From: Octopus vulgaris
Lineage: Eukaryota
Assembly: GCA_951406725.2 (NCBI GenBank)
Contig: OX597814.1
Coordinates: 29,574,001-29,638,000 of the forward strand
Length of the DNA stretch: 64,000 nt
Direction of reading: 5' to 3'
Below are positions 62,132-64,000 of the stretch, one piece after another. The notes beneath the pieces are model-generated. The model was not told the DNA's origin and did not search any database. It saw only the letters and a list, made by a program, of their open reading frames with translations. Position numbers and translations under genes: made by a program. How positions within the stretch are numbered: the first letter of the stretch is position 1; every line of letters starts with the position of its first letter.

Positions 62132-62352
62132 CCCTTTAGTGTTCGCATTATTCTGCCAAAACTAATGCTTTTTTATCCACATTGTTTTGAACTAATTGTG
62201 CATTATCTTGTAGCTATGAGATTTTGATGAGGTAGCTGTTAATTTTTAAAACGATATTGTAGAGTTGGTGTGAGAGACCAGATACGGCCAGTTTGAACAT
62301 AAAACAGACAGAATACTTTTGGCCGGATATGGTTGGTTTAAATGCTAAAGGG
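62132..62352 (-). mobile_element. piggyBac-type MITE (~220 bp family)
   Basis: TTAA-CCCTTTAG ... CTAAAGGG-TTAA; very similar to the 22652 copy. Confidence 0.82.
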
Positions 62353-62494
62353 TTAAACAATATTTGGATCAACATTCCAATTATGGCCACCCTGTCCTTT
62401 GTCTTGCTCATTATACCCAAAACTACTTTATATACTTTAATCCTTTTGTTTTGTTTTATTTAATTTTGGAAATAATGAAGAATTTACTAAAATG

Positions 62495-63129
62495 GAAATA
62501 TTAAAATTTCTAAGTCTCTCTGAAGGAGACTACGGCAGCGGTACTGGATATTAATAGTTATCGCCATGCTAATATGGTACTCCATAAATATAAGACTAAA
62601 GCTGCCGCTGATTAGCTCCAAGAGGCCATCGCCTCTAGCTAGTTATAAATGGACACAGGTTCATGTGTCATATAGCTAGCTAGAGGTGATGGCCTCTTGG
62701 AGCTAATCAACGGCAGCTTTAGTCTTATATTTATGGACTACCATATTAGCTTGGCGATAACTATTAATATCCAGTACCGCTGCCGTAGTCTCCTTTAGAG
62801 AGACTTAGAAATTTTTATATTCCTTTTTTTGAAAACCAGTGGATGTATTCTACTGAAATTAGGTAAATAATCCTTCGAACAGACGGTTAGTAGCGACGCC
62901 TGCTGGATCTGGCTACTCTGCATTGATAAAGGGCAAATACCCTGAAACATGTCTGCAGATGTCTGACCAGCAAGGGGAAGCAGCTGACCTCCCCTGTTCG
63001 AAGGTTATAATGGACACAGGTTCGTGTGTCATATAGCTAGCTAGAGGTGATGGCCTCTTGGAGCTAATCAGCGACAGCTTTAGTCTTATATTTATGGACT
63101 ACCATATTAGCTTGGCGATAACTATTAAT
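62495..63129 (+). mobile_element. Penelope-like / retrozyme-like non-coding retroelement insertion (direct plus inverted repeat)
   Basis: Flanked by a 13-bp duplication ATTTACTAAAATG (62482-62494, 63130-63142). 62495-62647 is the inverted copy of 62671-62822. Sequence from 62651 recurs at 63012 (361-bp period). Contains a hammerhead motif. Confidence 0.8.
62917..62959 (+). ncRNA. Minimal type I hammerhead ribozyme (U3-A8 core variant)
   Basis: UCUGCA [UUGAUAA] AGGG caaaua CCCU [GAAA] CAUG UC UGCAGA: 6-bp stem I, 4-bp stem II, palindromic stem III (ACAUGU), GUC cleavage triplet at 62951-62953. Confidence 0.75.
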
Positions 63130-63506
63130 ATTTACTAAAATGATTTTGTCAATATTAAACTGGTATTTGGAACATAAATTAACACAGTTAAAAATGCTTG
63201 GTGAAATGTGAAGATTTGACAGCAATTTCCAGCAAATTGAATGACTGCAAAGAGGCTCCTTCAGTAGTAATCCTTAAAAACTTAGATTTGTTTTGTTTGT
63301 GCTTTTTTTATTTTTTTGTTTTTTTTATTTTTCATGAGATAGATTGTAAGAAATTTAACTACTTATATTTATTTTTGAACGTATGATCTTAAATAATTTC
63401 TAACAGTATGAATGATCAACTTTCCTGTCAGATGATTAAGTGAATGAATAGAATTTTCATGAGTCAAATGTATCCATCAATTGGTGATTAATCCAGCTCC
63501 TCTCTT

Positions 63507-63596
63507 GGTTACACCAGCAGGGATTGAACTCATAACTTCATGTTAATGAGCCAGCAGTCAGTTAAAGTCTCATGCTCTATCAACTGAGCTAACGAG
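63507..63596 (-). pseudogene. Degenerate tRNA(Lys)-like head (SINE head or tRNA pseudogene)
   Basis: Minus strand CTCGTTAGCTCAGTTGATAGAGCATGAGACTTTAA...GAGTTCAATCCC has tRNA-Lys-like D arm and T loop, but the anticodon and acceptor stems do not close. Confidence 0.4.
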
Positions 63597-64000
63597 AAAG
63601 CCTCTACATGGTTATTCAACTTGCTAGAAAGATAAGCCAAATCTCACTTCTATTATACACTACCATTTTAAAAGAGGATACATTGCATAATGTAATCTAA
63701 GACACACTGTCTAAAAACAGATGATATGGTCATGGTAGGAATACATATGATCATGGGTCTGCCTGATCAGAGTTAAACTGGTGCTAAGTAACAGGAACAA
63801 CAACCAGACATTAATTTTATGATGTTGTTTAGTAACAAGCTATGCCAACCCAGCATTACTTATTTTCAGCAAGCTGGACTGGGCAAGTTGAAAGAAGTGT
63901 CTAAGCCACAACACAACACATAGCTGTGGTCAGGTTATGAATTGCTGACCTCTCAGTCCAGTGTCCAATACACCTATCAACTTGTCCAACAACTCTTTTC

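Overview
AT-rich, intron-rich animal genomic DNA. The repeat families (tRNA-derived SINEs, RTE LINE tails ending in (GAT)n, TTAA piggyBac MITEs, small Helitrons) look like those of Octopus; the organism is an inference from repeat content. Two spliced genes converge tail-to-tail. (1) On the + strand are six coding exons (10558-34142) of dolichyldiphosphatase 1 (DOLPP1), with all three PAP2 motifs; the first exons were not found and probably lie upstream of the window. (2) On the - strand are eight coding exons (61714-39684) of carnitine O-acetyltransferase (CRAT), with the catalytic His, carnitine-type GRTDTIRS and a C-terminal SKL peroxisomal signal; its 5' exons lie beyond the right edge. 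All splice sites are GT-AG and the frames join without a break. Almost all ORFs in the supplied track are spurious or come from repeats. The main findings are: (a) a 635-bp insertion with a 13-bp target-site duplication, made of a 361-bp direct-repeat unit plus a ~150-bp inverted copy, carrying a minimal type I hammerhead ribozyme with a U3-A8 core variant (Penelope/retrozyme-like), plus two decayed hammerhead-like motifs elsewhere; (b) the DOLPP1/CRAT pair has the same convergent arrangement as at human 9q34; (c) an RTE 3' UTR made of structured 62-bp tandem units; (d) several nested insertions and inverted-repeat pairs that are candidate ADAR or back-splicing substrates.
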